Shown here piece by piece: positions 1 to 8,741 of a stretch of DNA of 27,741 bases. The notes beneath the pieces were generated by a model. The model searched no databases. It saw only the letters and a list, made by a program, of their open reading frames with translations, and was not told the DNA's origin. Both the position numbers and the translations under genes were made by a program. The stretch spans positions 1 to 27,741 of the forward strand of contig JBEQLE010000060.1 of assembly GCA_040326155.1 (NCBI GenBank), given 5' to 3'. The stretch's first letter is position 1. The number at the start of each line of letters is the position of its first letter. Source of the DNA: Leptospirales bacterium. Its GTDB lineage: Bacteria; Spirochaetota; Leptospiria; Turneriellales; JAOUFE01.

Positions 1-21
1 CGCCTTTGTTAACATGGAAAA

Positions 22-363
22 TCAGCCTACAGCGTCTTCTCCGGTTTCTCCGGTTCGAATTCGGATGCATTCATTTATATCGAGAATGAATATTTTACCG
101 TCTCCGATATTACCCGACTTGGCTCCTTTCACAATGGCGTCCACAGTGGGTTTTACATATTTTTCATTGACCGCAATTTCAATTTTTATTTTCTTTAACA
201 ATTGAACTTCTTCGCTTGCGCCCCGGTAGGTTTCGGTATAACCTTTCTGGGCACCGGCTCCAATTACATTAGAAACGGTCATCTTGAAGACATTTACTTC
301 CGCTAAGGTTTTTTTAACGTCGGGAAGTTTATGCGGTTGAATCATGGCAACTATTAGTTTCAT
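22..363 (-). CDS. glnK: P-II family nitrogen regulatory protein
   Basis: 113 aa, colinear with E. coli P-II. Has the YRG T-loop, GDGKIF and RIRTGE signatures. Directly downstream of amtB, with an AAGGAAGG RBS. Confidence 0.95.
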   Translation of the reverse strand: MKLIVAMIQPHKLPDVKKTLAEVNVFKMTVSNVIGAGAQKGYTETYRGASEEVQLLKKIKIEIAVNEKYVKPTVDAIVKGAKSGNIGDGKIFILDINECIRIRTGETGEDAVG

Positions 364-382
364 GTTTTATCCTTCCTTTTAA

Positions 383-1750
383 TTAGTCATTTGTTGTAAA
401 GATCTGGAAACCACTATAAGCTTCCATTCCATGCTCGGAAATATCGAGCCCTTTAATTTCTTCTTCGCGTGTTACCCGTATACCAAAGATTAATTTGGCA
501 AGGTAAAAGAGTACTCCGGCGCCAACAAGAGAGATGGCTCCATATGCGGCGACACCGATTAACTGGGTGAAGAAACCAAATTCTGCGCTGAATATACCAA
601 CAGCGAGTGTTCCCCATACTCCGCAAACCAGATGGACAGAGATGGCTCCTACCGGGTCGTCCAGTTTGAGTTTGTCTAGTGATAGTACGGAAACGACGAC
701 CAGAATACCCGCGATAAGCCCAATTAGTATGGCTGACATAGGAGATACAACGTCGGCTCCAGCAGTGATACCAACTAGACCGGCAAGCGCTCCGTTTAAG
801 GCCATAGATAAGTCGAGACTTCCGGTAATGGCCAGAGCCATAAAACCTGCGGCAAGAACTCCGGCTGCGGCAGCCAATGTAGTGGTTACAAAGACACTTG
901 ATACTGCTTCGGGGTCAGCCGAAAGCACGGAACCGCCATTAAAGCCATACCATCCAAACCATAGAAGAAAGACCCCAATAGTGGCCAGCGGCATGTTATG
1001 ACCATAAATGGGTTTAATATGACCATTGGGCCCATATTTTCCTAAACGCGGTCCTAACAAAAGTACCCCTATTAAAGCTCCCCAGCCACCCACAGAGTGA
1101 ACTAATGTGGAACCGGCGAAATCGTGAAAATTGATTTCGGGATTGGTTAAGAACCCTCCGCCCCAGACCCAACTACCTGCAATCGGGTAAATTACCGCAA
1201 CATAGACAGTTATTACCATAAAAAACGGGAGTAGCTTTATGCGCTCAGCAACTGCTCCTGAAATAATAGTAGCGGCTGTGGCAGCAAACATACCCTGGAA
1301 TAAAAAATCGGTCCAATAGGTATAGGCGCCATCGGCGTAGTCTATGGCTTCTCCGGCCGGCTCGGCAATTCCGAAACCGTCAAAACCAAAAATACCTTCA
1401 ATGCTAAAAACATCAGGGTACATTAAATTGAAACCAATTGCGGCATATGTGATAATGCCTATGGAGACAATAAACGTATTTTTGAATAAAATGTTTACTG
1501 TATTTTTAGCCCTGGTCAGACCTGCTTCGAGCGTGGCAAAACCAAGGTGCATAATAAATACCAGGATGGTTGCTATTAACATCCAGGTGTTGTTTATTGT
1601 GAACATTTCGACACTCACGCTTGATTTTACAACGTCGGCATCTTGCCCAAAAATTTCGGTAGCCGTCAATAAAACGACTAGCGCTAAAACCCATTGAAAG
1701 GGTTTTTTAATTAAGTTCCCACTCAGGAACTTTTTTTTCAATAACATCAT
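383..1750 (-). CDS. amtB: Ammonium transporter (Amt family)
   Basis: Motifs GAVAER, DFAGSTLVH, LLWFGWYGFNGGS and DDPVGAISVH (twin His intact). Start moved from 1765 to ATG 1750 because GGAGG lies at 1760-1756. Confidence 0.96.
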   Translation of the reverse strand: MMLLKKKFLSGNLIKKPFQWVLALVVLLTATEIFGQDADVVKSSVSVEMFTINNTWMLIATILVFIMHLGFATLEAGLTRAKNTVNILFKNTFIVSIGIITYAAIGFNLMYPDVFSIEGIFGFDGFGIAEPAGEAIDYADGAYTYWTDFLFQGMFAATAATIISGAVAERIKLLPFFMVITVYVAVIYPIAGSWVWGGGFLTNPEINFHDFAGSTLVHSVGGWGALIGVLLLGPRLGKYGPNGHIKPIYGHNMPLATIGVFLLWFGWYGFNGGSVLSADPEAVSSVFVTTTLAAAAGVLAAGFMALAITGSLDLSMALNGALAGLVGITAGADVVSPMSAILIGLIAGILVVVSVLSLDKLKLDDPVGAISVHLVCGVWGTLAVGIFSAEFGFFTQLIGVAAYGAISLVGAGVLFYLAKLIFGIRVTREEEIKGLDISEHGMEAYSGFQIFTTND

Positions 1751-1782
1751 ATAATCCTCCGTCATGATAGATACACCTATAG

Positions 1783-1798
1783 TGCAAATTTTGTGCCA
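1783..1798 (-). promoter_or_regulatory. sigma54 (-24/-12) promoter of amtB-glnK
   Basis: Minus strand reads TGGCAC-AAAAT-TTGCA, matching TGGCAC-N5-TTGCW, just upstream of the RBS. Confidence 0.9.
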
Positions 1799-1836
1799 GG
1801 GCCGATGGAGTAGTTTTACATTGCAATGTTGCTAAG

Positions 1837-1874
1837 TGTGTTAATAATATGCAGGTATGCTTATTAATTAGACA
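1837..1874. promoter_or_regulatory. Two 17-bp NtrC-like candidate activator boxes
   Basis: TGTGTTAATAATATGCA (1837-1853) and an inverted relative TGCTTATTAATTAGACA (1858-1874). Similar boxes precede the other two sigma54 promoters. Confidence 0.6.
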
Positions 1875-1918
1875 GATTGGTTATTTAAAAATAATATTGG
1901 GATGAAGTTATAAGAGTA

Positions 1919-1955
1919 TAAGGAATACAGGAATGTAGACAGGAATTCAGGAAAA
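1919..1955 (+). repeat. CAGGAA tandem-repeat module
   Basis: TAAGGAATACAGGAATGTAGACAGGAATTCAGGAAAA, similar to 10820-10850 (+) and 13350-13313 (-). Confidence 0.65.
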
Positions 1956-2106
1956 TATAAGAGTGTTGTCTAGTTTTCTTTATCTTTTTGGTCGGAAATT
2001 CCACACCAGAGAAATTTTGTGCAGCAAACCTTGCTCAAGCGAGACTATTGATTTTGTCTTGAGTTTTTGATTATAATCTTTGAAGTAAAATTCATTGTTC
2101 CGATTA

Positions 2107-2183
2107 CGGTTGCATTCCGAACTACGTACAGAGGGAGTTAAGGCCCTTTACTTTACGGGATGTCTCGGGTCGTCGCCAGCCAT
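2107..2183 (+). repeat. 77-nt dispersed element, copy A (candidate structured ncRNA)
   Basis: Ungapped 59/77 identity to copy B (hand count). Shared blocks CGGTWGCATTCCGAACTA, GGART, CCTTTAC and GTMGYCWGCCAT. Confidence 0.85.
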
Positions 2184-2211
2184 GTATTTTAATTAGAAAC
2201 AAAAGAAAAAC

Positions 2212-2234
2212 AAAAAAAGCCCCCGAAGGGGCTT
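2212..2234 (-). terminator. Intrinsic terminator of the porin gene
   Basis: AAGCCCC-TTCG-GGGGCTT stem followed by a T tract on the minus strand. Confidence 0.85.
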
Positions 2235-2267
2235 GAAAAAGACGAATTTAGAAAAGATTAAATCGTC

Positions 2268-3077
2268 TTAGAAAGACAAGGATGCGCCAATAGTAACGGC
2301 CCCGATTGCCGAAGGACGGTCTGCAAGCGAACCAGTTGGGTCAAGATATTGGGTATCACCATCTGCAAAAATCCGATAAACTAGTAACGGAGTGATGTGA
2401 AAACTCAGGTTGTCACCGACTGAAATTGAAAAGGGAAGGGCCACATCAATGTGTCCCCAGTTTGCATTGGTTGCGGTATTGTAATACCACCAACCAAACG
2501 TCAGGGAGGGCTCTAATGACATACTTCCAAACTCTATGGCATGAGAAATACCGGCAGTTAAGTACTCGTAGCTACCACCAGACCCGTCAGAAGCTGCTAT
2601 ACTAAAAGTAGGGTTTAATAGTACCGGGATAGTATACGTGCCTATTACTTCTCCATAACTGTAATACGACCCCATGGTTGTCGGAAATGCATACAATACA
2701 TATGTAAAACCAAACCCACCCATAGTTGTATCGAACTCATACGTACCGGAAAAGTCAATTTCATCAGCCGCTCTAAGTGCGCCATCTGCATTAGCGCGAG
2801 CCATCAATGCATAAGAAGCCCATATATTAAAGGAGAGTCCTTCTATAGGTGTATTGACTGTAAACGATGGCATAACCACAGGTGCAAAGTTGAAAAACTC
2901 TCTGGCATCACCGGCTGCGTCTTGTTTAACTACTAACGCGTCTGATCCTCTCCAGATATAAGTCGAGGAGAAATCTATTCCTGCTTCTACGCCAGGTGTA
3001 TCTTGTGCGCTTAAAGGGCTTAATACCCCGGCTACTAATGCTATAGCCATTATTTTACCGAACATTTTTTTTATCAT
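2268..3077 (-). CDS. Outer-membrane beta-barrel, TorF/TIGR02001-like putative porin
   Basis: Signal peptide, SSTYIWRG and EIDFSGTY motifs, alternating beta strands, C-terminal Phe. Located next to amtB-glnK. Confidence 0.75.
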   Translation of the reverse strand: MIKKMFGKIMAIALVAGVLSPLSAQDTPGVEAGIDFSSTYIWRGSDALVVKQDAAGDAREFFNFAPVVMPSFTVNTPIEGLSFNIWASYALMARANADGALRAADEIDFSGTYEFDTTMGGFGFTYVLYAFPTTMGSYYSYGEVIGTYTIPVLLNPTFSIAASDGSGGSYEYLTAGISHAIEFGSMSLEPSLTFGWWYYNTATNANWGHIDVALPFSISVGDNLSFHITPLLVYRIFADGDTQYLDPTGSLADRPSAIGAVTIGASLSF

Positions 3078-3132
3078 TTTACTTCCTTATTAAATATTTA
3101 ACAAATCTTGTTTGTTATTATACTAACTATTG

Positions 3133-3148
3133 TGCAATTACTATGCCA
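3133..3148 (-). promoter_or_regulatory. sigma54 promoter of the porin gene
   Basis: Minus strand reads TGGCAT-AGTAA-TTGCA, 55 nt upstream of the start codon. Confidence 0.85.
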
Positions 3149-3197
3149 ACAATCCATACTTTATTTGGTATAATAAATAAACATTTTATACGTGTAC

Positions 3198-3214
3198 AGT
3201 AAAAATCTTATGCA
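3198..3214. promoter_or_regulatory. 17-bp candidate activator box
   Basis: AGTAAAAATCTTATGCA, fitting WGTRWWAATNNTATGCA as at 1837 and 8638. Confidence 0.5.
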
Positions 3215-3303
3215 TTTTCTAAAATTATGCTTGAATTAATTAAATAGATAGTGTACATAGTCAGTAAAGATTATTATAGAAATAGATAAATAGGAGTACA
3301 ACA

Positions 3304-3546
3304 ATGTCATTTTTTGCACAATCAAACAACGAAGAAGTAGAACAAGAAATCGGTGAAGAAGACAAGAGTAGTGAGAGTAAGGAAAATAAAGAAGACGACG
3401 ATGATGTTGTTTTTGAAGAGGTCAACGTAAGTTTTGCTTGCGAAGATTGCGATTACAGATGGGAGTCTGCATTTGAAAGTGATGAAGATGCGGACGAAGT
3501 TCAGTATTGTCCCATGTGTGGCACTGCAAATACAACACAGATCTAA
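3304..3546 (+). CDS. Small acidic zinc-ribbon protein
   Basis: CEDC...CPMC pairs, very acidic, AGGAG RBS. Confidence 0.75.
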   Translation: MSFFAQSNNEEVEQEIGEEDKSSESKENKEDDDDVVFEEVNVSFACEDCDYRWESAFESDEDADEVQYCPMCGTANTTQI

Positions 3547-3552
3547 AGTAAT

Positions 3553-3861
3553 ATGTCTTTACGCATATCAATTCTCTCTCTTGTTCTTCTGGGTTATTTT
3601 ATAATCTTGCTATCTAATACCCAGAGTGTGCAATTTACATTCTTTATGTATGAGTGGAAGATACCTATGTTTCATATTATGTTTATCTCTTCTTTGACAG
3701 GGATACTGTTTTATATGTCCGTAAAGTCGATTGTTTTTAAAAATGACCGATTGGTTAAGAAACTCATAGATCTGGAAGACCAGGTAAATGGTAGCTCCGA
3801 AGCTGTGGATAACCCCACCGCAAAGTCGCCAGCTAATACCGAAGGAGTAACTAATGAGTGA
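3553..3861 (+). CDS. Small membrane protein, LapA/DUF1049-like
   Basis: Two hydrophobic segments around SNTQSVQFTFF, then a short coiled segment. Overlaps the next start codon. Confidence 0.6.
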   Translation: MSLRISILSLVLLGYFIILLSNTQSVQFTFFMYEWKIPMFHIMFISSLTGILFYMSVKSIVFKNDRLVKKLIDLEDQVNGSSEAVDNPTAKSPANTEGVTNE

Positions 3862-4189
3862 TTGTCTTTTTTGTAAAATGGTAGATAAAGAAATTCAACC
3901 TGATATAGTAAAAGAAACCGACGATTGGCTTTGTTTTCGTGATTTGAACCCACAAGCTCCTGTTCATGTATTGCTAATACCTAAGAGCCATTACTCCGAT
4001 ATTGAAGATGTCGATGTGCCGGAAGTGTTCGGGAAACTATTTCAGGGTATTTGTGAAATAGTGCAACATTTAGGCCTCGAAGATGGGTATCGAGTTTTAA
4101 CGAACAAGGGAGTAAATGGGGGCCAAAGTGTTTTCCACCTGCACTTCCATATTCTGGGAAAGCGAAAGCTTGGGTGGCCGCCAGGTTAA
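3854..4189 (+). CDS. hinT: Histidine triad nucleotide-binding protein
   Basis: DCLFC, PQAPVHVLLIPK, GQSVFHLHFH and C-terminal WPPG. Confidence 0.93.
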   Translation: MSDCLFCKMVDKEIQPDIVKETDDWLCFRDLNPQAPVHVLLIPKSHYSDIEDVDVPEVFGKLFQGICEIVQHLGLEDGYRVLTNKGVNGGQSVFHLHFHILGKRKLGWPPG

Positions 4190-4201
4190 AAGGAGAATCA
4201 T

Positions 4202-4840
4202 ATGAGTAATGATTTATTAGATCGGTTCGGTTCCAATTATTCTGAAAATACGGTTATTTTTCGTGAAGGTGACGTTGGAGACTGCATGTATATTATTCAA
4301 GAAGGCGAGGTCTCTATTTCAAAGAAAGGGCAAAACTCGGACTTTGTTCTTGCCGTACTTAAAACCGGAGATTTTTTTGGGGAAATGACTCTTTTTACGA
4401 ACCCTAATAGAGTAGCAACTGCCAAAGTTACGATAGAGTCCGTTTTACTGAAAATTGATAAAAGTTCTTTTGATTACATGGTGCAAAAAAACGTACCTTT
4501 TGCCGTTCGTATGATTGAAAAATTATGTGATCGCCTTAAAAAGGTCGATGATCAACTCAGCGAGCTAATGGGCATAGGCGAGCAAACTCGCATGTTACAA
4601 TTTCTTATGAATTACTGGAAAATAGCTGGAAAAAAAGACGCTACGGGTCAGAATATTTTAATGCAATATCAGGGGTTTATGAATTTTTTAAGCACAGATC
4701 ATCATATCGGGGAAGATGATGGTAAACGAGCTTTATTCGATTTAAAAAGCCGAGGATTGATTCATGTTAAAAAGGATACCCAGGGTATCGTATATCTTAC
4801 GTTATCTCCCCGGGTATTCTCTTATTTTAACATTATTTAA
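4202..4840 (+). CDS. Cyclic-nucleotide-binding (Crp/Fnr-like) protein
   Basis: IFREGD..MYIIQEGEV, GDFFGEM and RVATA cNMP-domain motifs, with a degenerate winged-helix-like tail. Confidence 0.85.
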   Translation: MSNDLLDRFGSNYSENTVIFREGDVGDCMYIIQEGEVSISKKGQNSDFVLAVLKTGDFFGEMTLFTNPNRVATAKVTIESVLLKIDKSSFDYMVQKNVPFAVRMIEKLCDRLKKVDDQLSELMGIGEQTRMLQFLMNYWKIAGKKDATGQNILMQYQGFMNFLSTDHHIGEDDGKRALFDLKSRGLIHVKKDTQGIVYLTLSPRVFSYFNII

Positions 4841-4845
4841 ATGAA

Positions 4846-5064
4846 TTACTCTTTCCAGTGGATACATTCACCAGGACAATCATCGATCATTTCTTGAACT
4901 TCGTCAATATTTGCATCGGCAACAGTCGCTTCTTCTACATCAGAACCTTCCGTATATGCGTAAGCTAAATCATCGTCGTCCATTTTAAATATTTTCGGTA
5001 GTCCATCGGTACACAATGCACAACTGGTGCAATCATCCTTCACTACATATGTAATTTTACTCAT
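4846..5064 (-). CDS. Monocluster 4Fe-4S ferredoxin
   Basis: CTSCALC...CPGECI, acidic, AAAGGAG RBS. Confidence 0.9.
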   Translation of the reverse strand: MSKITYVVKDDCTSCALCTDGLPKIFKMDDDDLAYAYTEGSDVEEATVADANIDEVQEMIDDCPGECIHWKE

Positions 5065-5188
5065 AGATAACTCCTTTCTATACGAGATAGTTTAAAATAA
5101 ACCGCTCGAAACTTAGTCCTAAATAAATTTTCTTGATAATGTGACCATCATATTTTAGATTTTGAGTCGTGGCAAGTGATGGGAAAGC

Positions 5189-5218
5189 AAAAAAAAACCC
5201 CGGCGAACCGGGGTTTTT
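5189..5218 (-). terminator. Intrinsic terminator after the FecR-domain gene
   Basis: CCCCGG-TTCG-CCGGGG followed by 9 T on the minus strand. T5 on the plus strand, so it may be bidirectional. Confidence 0.9.
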
Positions 5219-5239
5219 AGAAAGGAAAACTGTATTAAT

Positions 5240-6253
5240 TTAATACGGTTCTACTTTAGCGACGGTGCTAGATGGAATAATACGTTTACCTTGTGTCGTA
5301 ATAATTTCCATATTACCACTTTTTTGGCTAAACGCTCCAATATAGACTTTACCGCTTTTAGTAATTACTTTGCTTAGTTGGCCATGAGTTCTTCTCAGGT
5401 CATCTAAAGTAATTTGTTTAGTTTCAGCTTTAATTTCTTCAGCTTTTTGCTCTTCAACCTGGATCATGACTTGCTCAATTTCATCAGGAACAATTTCAGG
5501 AATTTCTTCCAGAATTGCTTCTAATTCACTTGGCTTAGCAGTTTCGATCTGTTCGAGGTTATCATCAGCAACAAAAGCGATTTCATCAAGTTTTTCTAAA
5601 GACTCAATTTCAGCAATTTTCATTTCTTCAATTTTTACATCGGCAATAGACTCAGTATCTTCAGAAACTTCAATCTTATTACCGGCTGTTAAAATAATCT
5701 CTTCATCTTGAGTTGCGTCACTGTCTGGAATGGCTTCACTGCCATCAGATTGAGTGTTTACAAGTTTTGGAGCTTTTTTAACGGCCACTTTACCGCGAAA
5801 AAGTTTAATAGAAGCTGTTTTATCGTCTTTTACGTCAACGGAAAACGAAGTTCCACGCACACCCGCCGTAATGGTTGGTGTGTGAATGTTATACTCTGCT
5901 TCACCTGGCATAATTTTGTTGAAAGTAGACCCTCTTTCCTGGGTTAATTCGATATTTGGTTTACCGTCTTTACCCATCAATAGTTTATTAATAGAAAGAG
6001 TAGTGTTCGCTTCTACTGTTACCATGGCGCTGTTAGAAAACTGAATAACAGCAGTGGATTTGTCTTTAACGTTAATAGTATCGTTAGCCTTTACTTGATT
6101 TCCGATAGTCGCCTTAGCGTTATTCACTTCAACGCTTCCTCGAACAAAAGTAATTGTTCCGTGTAGCGATTCAGCGGTAGGTTTTTCTTCTTTGCAATGT
6201 ACCAATATAAGCAATGAAGCTAGTATTGGTAGGAAGAGTTTTAATTTTTTCAT
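5240..6253 (-). CDS. FecR-domain lipoprotein (LipL45-like)
   Basis: MKKLK..LILVHC signal/lipobox-like N-terminus and IHTPTITAGVRGTSF FecR motif. Start at 6253 is supported by GGAGG. Confidence 0.8.
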   Translation of the reverse strand: MKKLKLFLPILASLLILVHCKEEKPTAESLHGTITFVRGSVEVNNAKATIGNQVKANDTINVKDKSTAVIQFSNSAMVTVEANTTLSINKLLMGKDGKPNIELTQERGSTFNKIMPGEAEYNIHTPTITAGVRGTSFSVDVKDDKTASIKLFRGKVAVKKAPKLVNTQSDGSEAIPDSDATQDEEIILTAGNKIEVSEDTESIADVKIEEMKIAEIESLEKLDEIAFVADDNLEQIETAKPSELEAILEEIPEIVPDEIEQVMIQVEEQKAEEIKAETKQITLDDLRRTHGQLSKVITKSGKVYIGAFSQKSGNMEIITTQGKRIIPSSTVAKVEPY

Positions 6254-6500
6254 CTGTGTCCTCCCAAGGATATTACAGGTTATTTCAACTGTATAATAAT
6301 TAAAAGACAATGATGCAACTAAAAAACGTGTTCGAATCGGTCAAAAAGGTAAGAAATATCGATGATTTACTACCAAGGTACGACGAAGGAGTCCTTTCTG
6401 GATTTAGTATGGATGTAATTGTATATAAAGAAGTGATAGCCTAAATTGTTCTGTTTTCTTTTATTTTTTGTAATCAAAAGGCAATAATAATACATATTAT

Positions 6501-8573
6501 TTATTGTAATCCCAACTCTTTAATTTTTTTATCCAGTGTTAATCGGTTCACGCCGAGCATACGGGCAGTTTTACTCTTATTGTAAAACGTATTCTTTAAT
6601 ATATTAACTATTAAAATCTCCTCAACCTGCTGAATTACATTCTTATAGTATTCCCCTTCTTTTCCATTTTGAATGATGTCATCAACCCATTGGTCAATTC
6701 CGGGCTGCTCTACTTCTGTCTCTTTTACGGTTTTTTCAGTTTGTTGTATTCTGGTCTGGGTTTCGGGTATAACAATTTCAGCAGGTTTTATAAGTTTATC
6801 GCTCGATAATACATAGGCTCGTTCTAATATATTTTCAAGTTCCCTGATATTTCCGGGAAATGAGTAATTTTCAAGCCGGGCAAAGCCTGCATCGGATAAA
6901 GTTTTTTGAGGTTTGCCATTTCTTTTTGCAATCTGACGTAAAAGGTGGTCTGAAATAAATGGTAAATCTTCCATACGATCTCGTAAGGGAGGTATTTCAA
7001 TGCGAATTACATTGAGCCGATAATAGAGGTCTTCGCGAAACTTTTTATCACGAATGTTGGTTTCCAGATTGGCGTTTGTTGCTGCTATAATACGCACATC
7101 CACTTTGTATACTTTATTGCTGCCAAGCGGGGAGAACTCTTTATCTTGTAAAAATCGGAGCAACTTGGATTGTAGTTTGTAATCCATTTCGCCTACTTCA
7201 TCTAATAAGAGAGTTCCTTCATGAGCAATTAAGAATTTTCCTTTGTGATCGCGATCGGCGCCCGTAAAAGCGCCTTTATCATAGCCGAAAAGTTCACTTT
7301 CAAGCAAATCGGAAGGAATTGCCGCGCAATTGATTTTTACAAGCTTTTTTGTTTTTCGCATTGAATTTCTGTGTATAGCCGTTGCAAAAAGCTCTTTACC
7401 GGTTCCAGATTCTCCGGTGAGTAAGATGGAGGTGTTGGAATCTGCCGACATTTGCATGACTTGAAATAGATCTTGCATCGATTTGGAGCGTCCGACGATG
7501 TTTTCAAAAGAGTAGTTGCTGTCAAATTGCCGTTTTAATAATATATTTTCTTCTTCAATATCATTTTTACTCTCTTCAATAAAATTTTGAATACTGATTG
7601 CCTGAGAAAAAAGAGTGGATAATATTTGAACCAGAAAAGAGTAATCTTCAAATCGGGCTAAACTGGTATAGGGAATTTCCATATTAAAAACACCGCGTGG
7701 TTCATCATTGACCAGAATGGGTGAGGAGAAAAAACTCATTTTCTTTTTGGGGCGCTCTGCACCCGATTTATTTAAAAAAGTCTTATCCTGGTCGATATCT
7801 TGAAGGTAGACAGGTTCACTTTTTGAAAAAACAGTTCCGGTAATACCTTCGTTGGGGCGGTAATTACTTTTCTCTTTTTCTTCTTCTGTGTAGTTCAGTG
7901 AGTTTACGATGCCCAGTCTTCCGCTGACGGGTTCGGTAATAAATACGGCGGCCCTTTCGAGTCCGATTGTTTTTTGCAGATGCAAAATAATCTCCTGGAA
8001 TACCTTGGAAAAGACAGGATATTTTCCAAGGTATCCTGAAATTTCAATTAGAATGTTCTGGATATTGGTTCTATGGTTGAGGTGACGAATAGTTTCTTGT
8101 TTCGTTAGAATTTGAGCAGCGTAACTGGCCAACAGACTTAAGTACTCTTCGTGTGTATCGTTAAATGCATTTTTGCGCGAGGAATCAACAGAGATAACTC
8201 CGAAACTTTTGGAACCTGCTTTCAAAGGAACCGCTAGCTCTGATTGTATATCTGATCGAACAGAAACATAATAAGGATCTTCAGATGTATTACCGACATT
8301 TCGTGTTTTTCCGGTTAAAATACACCTTCCCGTAACCCCTTCACCCAACTTCAGTTTTACTTTTTCAGGTACGTCGGTAGACAAACCGCGAAAAGCCTTA
8401 ATGTCCAGGTATTTACGTGTGTCGTCCAAAAGGGCAATGCTGCCCGAATCGGCTTTGGTAAATTCAATGGTTTGGTCGAGTATGGTATCGAGTAAATTAT
8501 CAGGGTTATCTTCGTTTAATAAGCCAAGTGTAATTTCATGAAGATTTAGCAAAGGGTTAGAATAAGTCTGCAT
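6501..8573 (-). CDS. sigma54-dependent enhancer-binding protein, GAF-GAF-AAA+-Fis HTH
   Basis: GESGTGKE, ESELFG..GAFTGA, LLDEVGE, FREDLYYRLNV, FPGNIRELEN and a C-terminal HTH, with two N-terminal GAF-like domains. Start moved to 8573 because ATG 8603 lies inside a sigma54 promoter. Confidence 0.95.
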   Translation of the reverse strand: MQTYSNPLLNLHEITLGLLNEDNPDNLLDTILDQTIEFTKADSGSIALLDDTRKYLDIKAFRGLSTDVPEKVKLKLGEGVTGRCILTGKTRNVGNTSEDPYYVSVRSDIQSELAVPLKAGSKSFGVISVDSSRKNAFNDTHEEYLSLLASYAAQILTKQETIRHLNHRTNIQNILIEISGYLGKYPVFSKVFQEIILHLQKTIGLERAAVFITEPVSGRLGIVNSLNYTEEEKEKSNYRPNEGITGTVFSKSEPVYLQDIDQDKTFLNKSGAERPKKKMSFFSSPILVNDEPRGVFNMEIPYTSLARFEDYSFLVQILSTLFSQAISIQNFIEESKNDIEEENILLKRQFDSNYSFENIVGRSKSMQDLFQVMQMSADSNTSILLTGESGTGKELFATAIHRNSMRKTKKLVKINCAAIPSDLLESELFGYDKGAFTGADRDHKGKFLIAHEGTLLLDEVGEMDYKLQSKLLRFLQDKEFSPLGSNKVYKVDVRIIAATNANLETNIRDKKFREDLYYRLNVIRIEIPPLRDRMEDLPFISDHLLRQIAKRNGKPQKTLSDAGFARLENYSFPGNIRELENILERAYVLSSDKLIKPAEIVIPETQTRIQQTEKTVKETEVEQPGIDQWVDDIIQNGKEGEYYKNVIQQVEEILIVNILKNTFYNKSKTARMLGVNRLTLDKKIKELGLQ

Positions 8574-8594
8574 ATTGTTTAGAATATAAACAAC

Positions 8595-8610
8595 TGCAAG
8601 CATTTTGCCA
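8595..8610 (-). promoter_or_regulatory. sigma54 promoter of the activator gene itself
   Basis: Minus strand reads TGGCAA-AATGC-TTGCA (GG-N10-GC intact). Confidence 0.75.
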
Positions 8611-8637
8611 ATAAATGAGAGTAAGAAACTGTTTTAT

Positions 8638-8654
8638 TGTATAAATAGTATGCA
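8638..8654. promoter_or_regulatory. 17-bp near-palindromic candidate activator box
   Basis: TGTATA-AATAG-TATGCA, one mismatch from the palindrome TGCATA-N5-TATGCA. Confidence 0.6.
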
Positions 8655-8741
8655 TGAGGTTCGCATAATTGAGGAAAAGAAGGTTTATTACCTTATTCTA
8701 TATTCATCTTGACTGCTCATAATTGAAAGTTTCCTTATCTA

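Noticed and set aside
2107..2183. 5S rRNA-like words (CATTCCGAAC, GAGTTAAG, GTCGTCGCCAG) in copy A
   Set aside because: Only 77 nt, helices II/III and loop E are missing, and the latter two words are not kept in copy C. Not a 5S gene.
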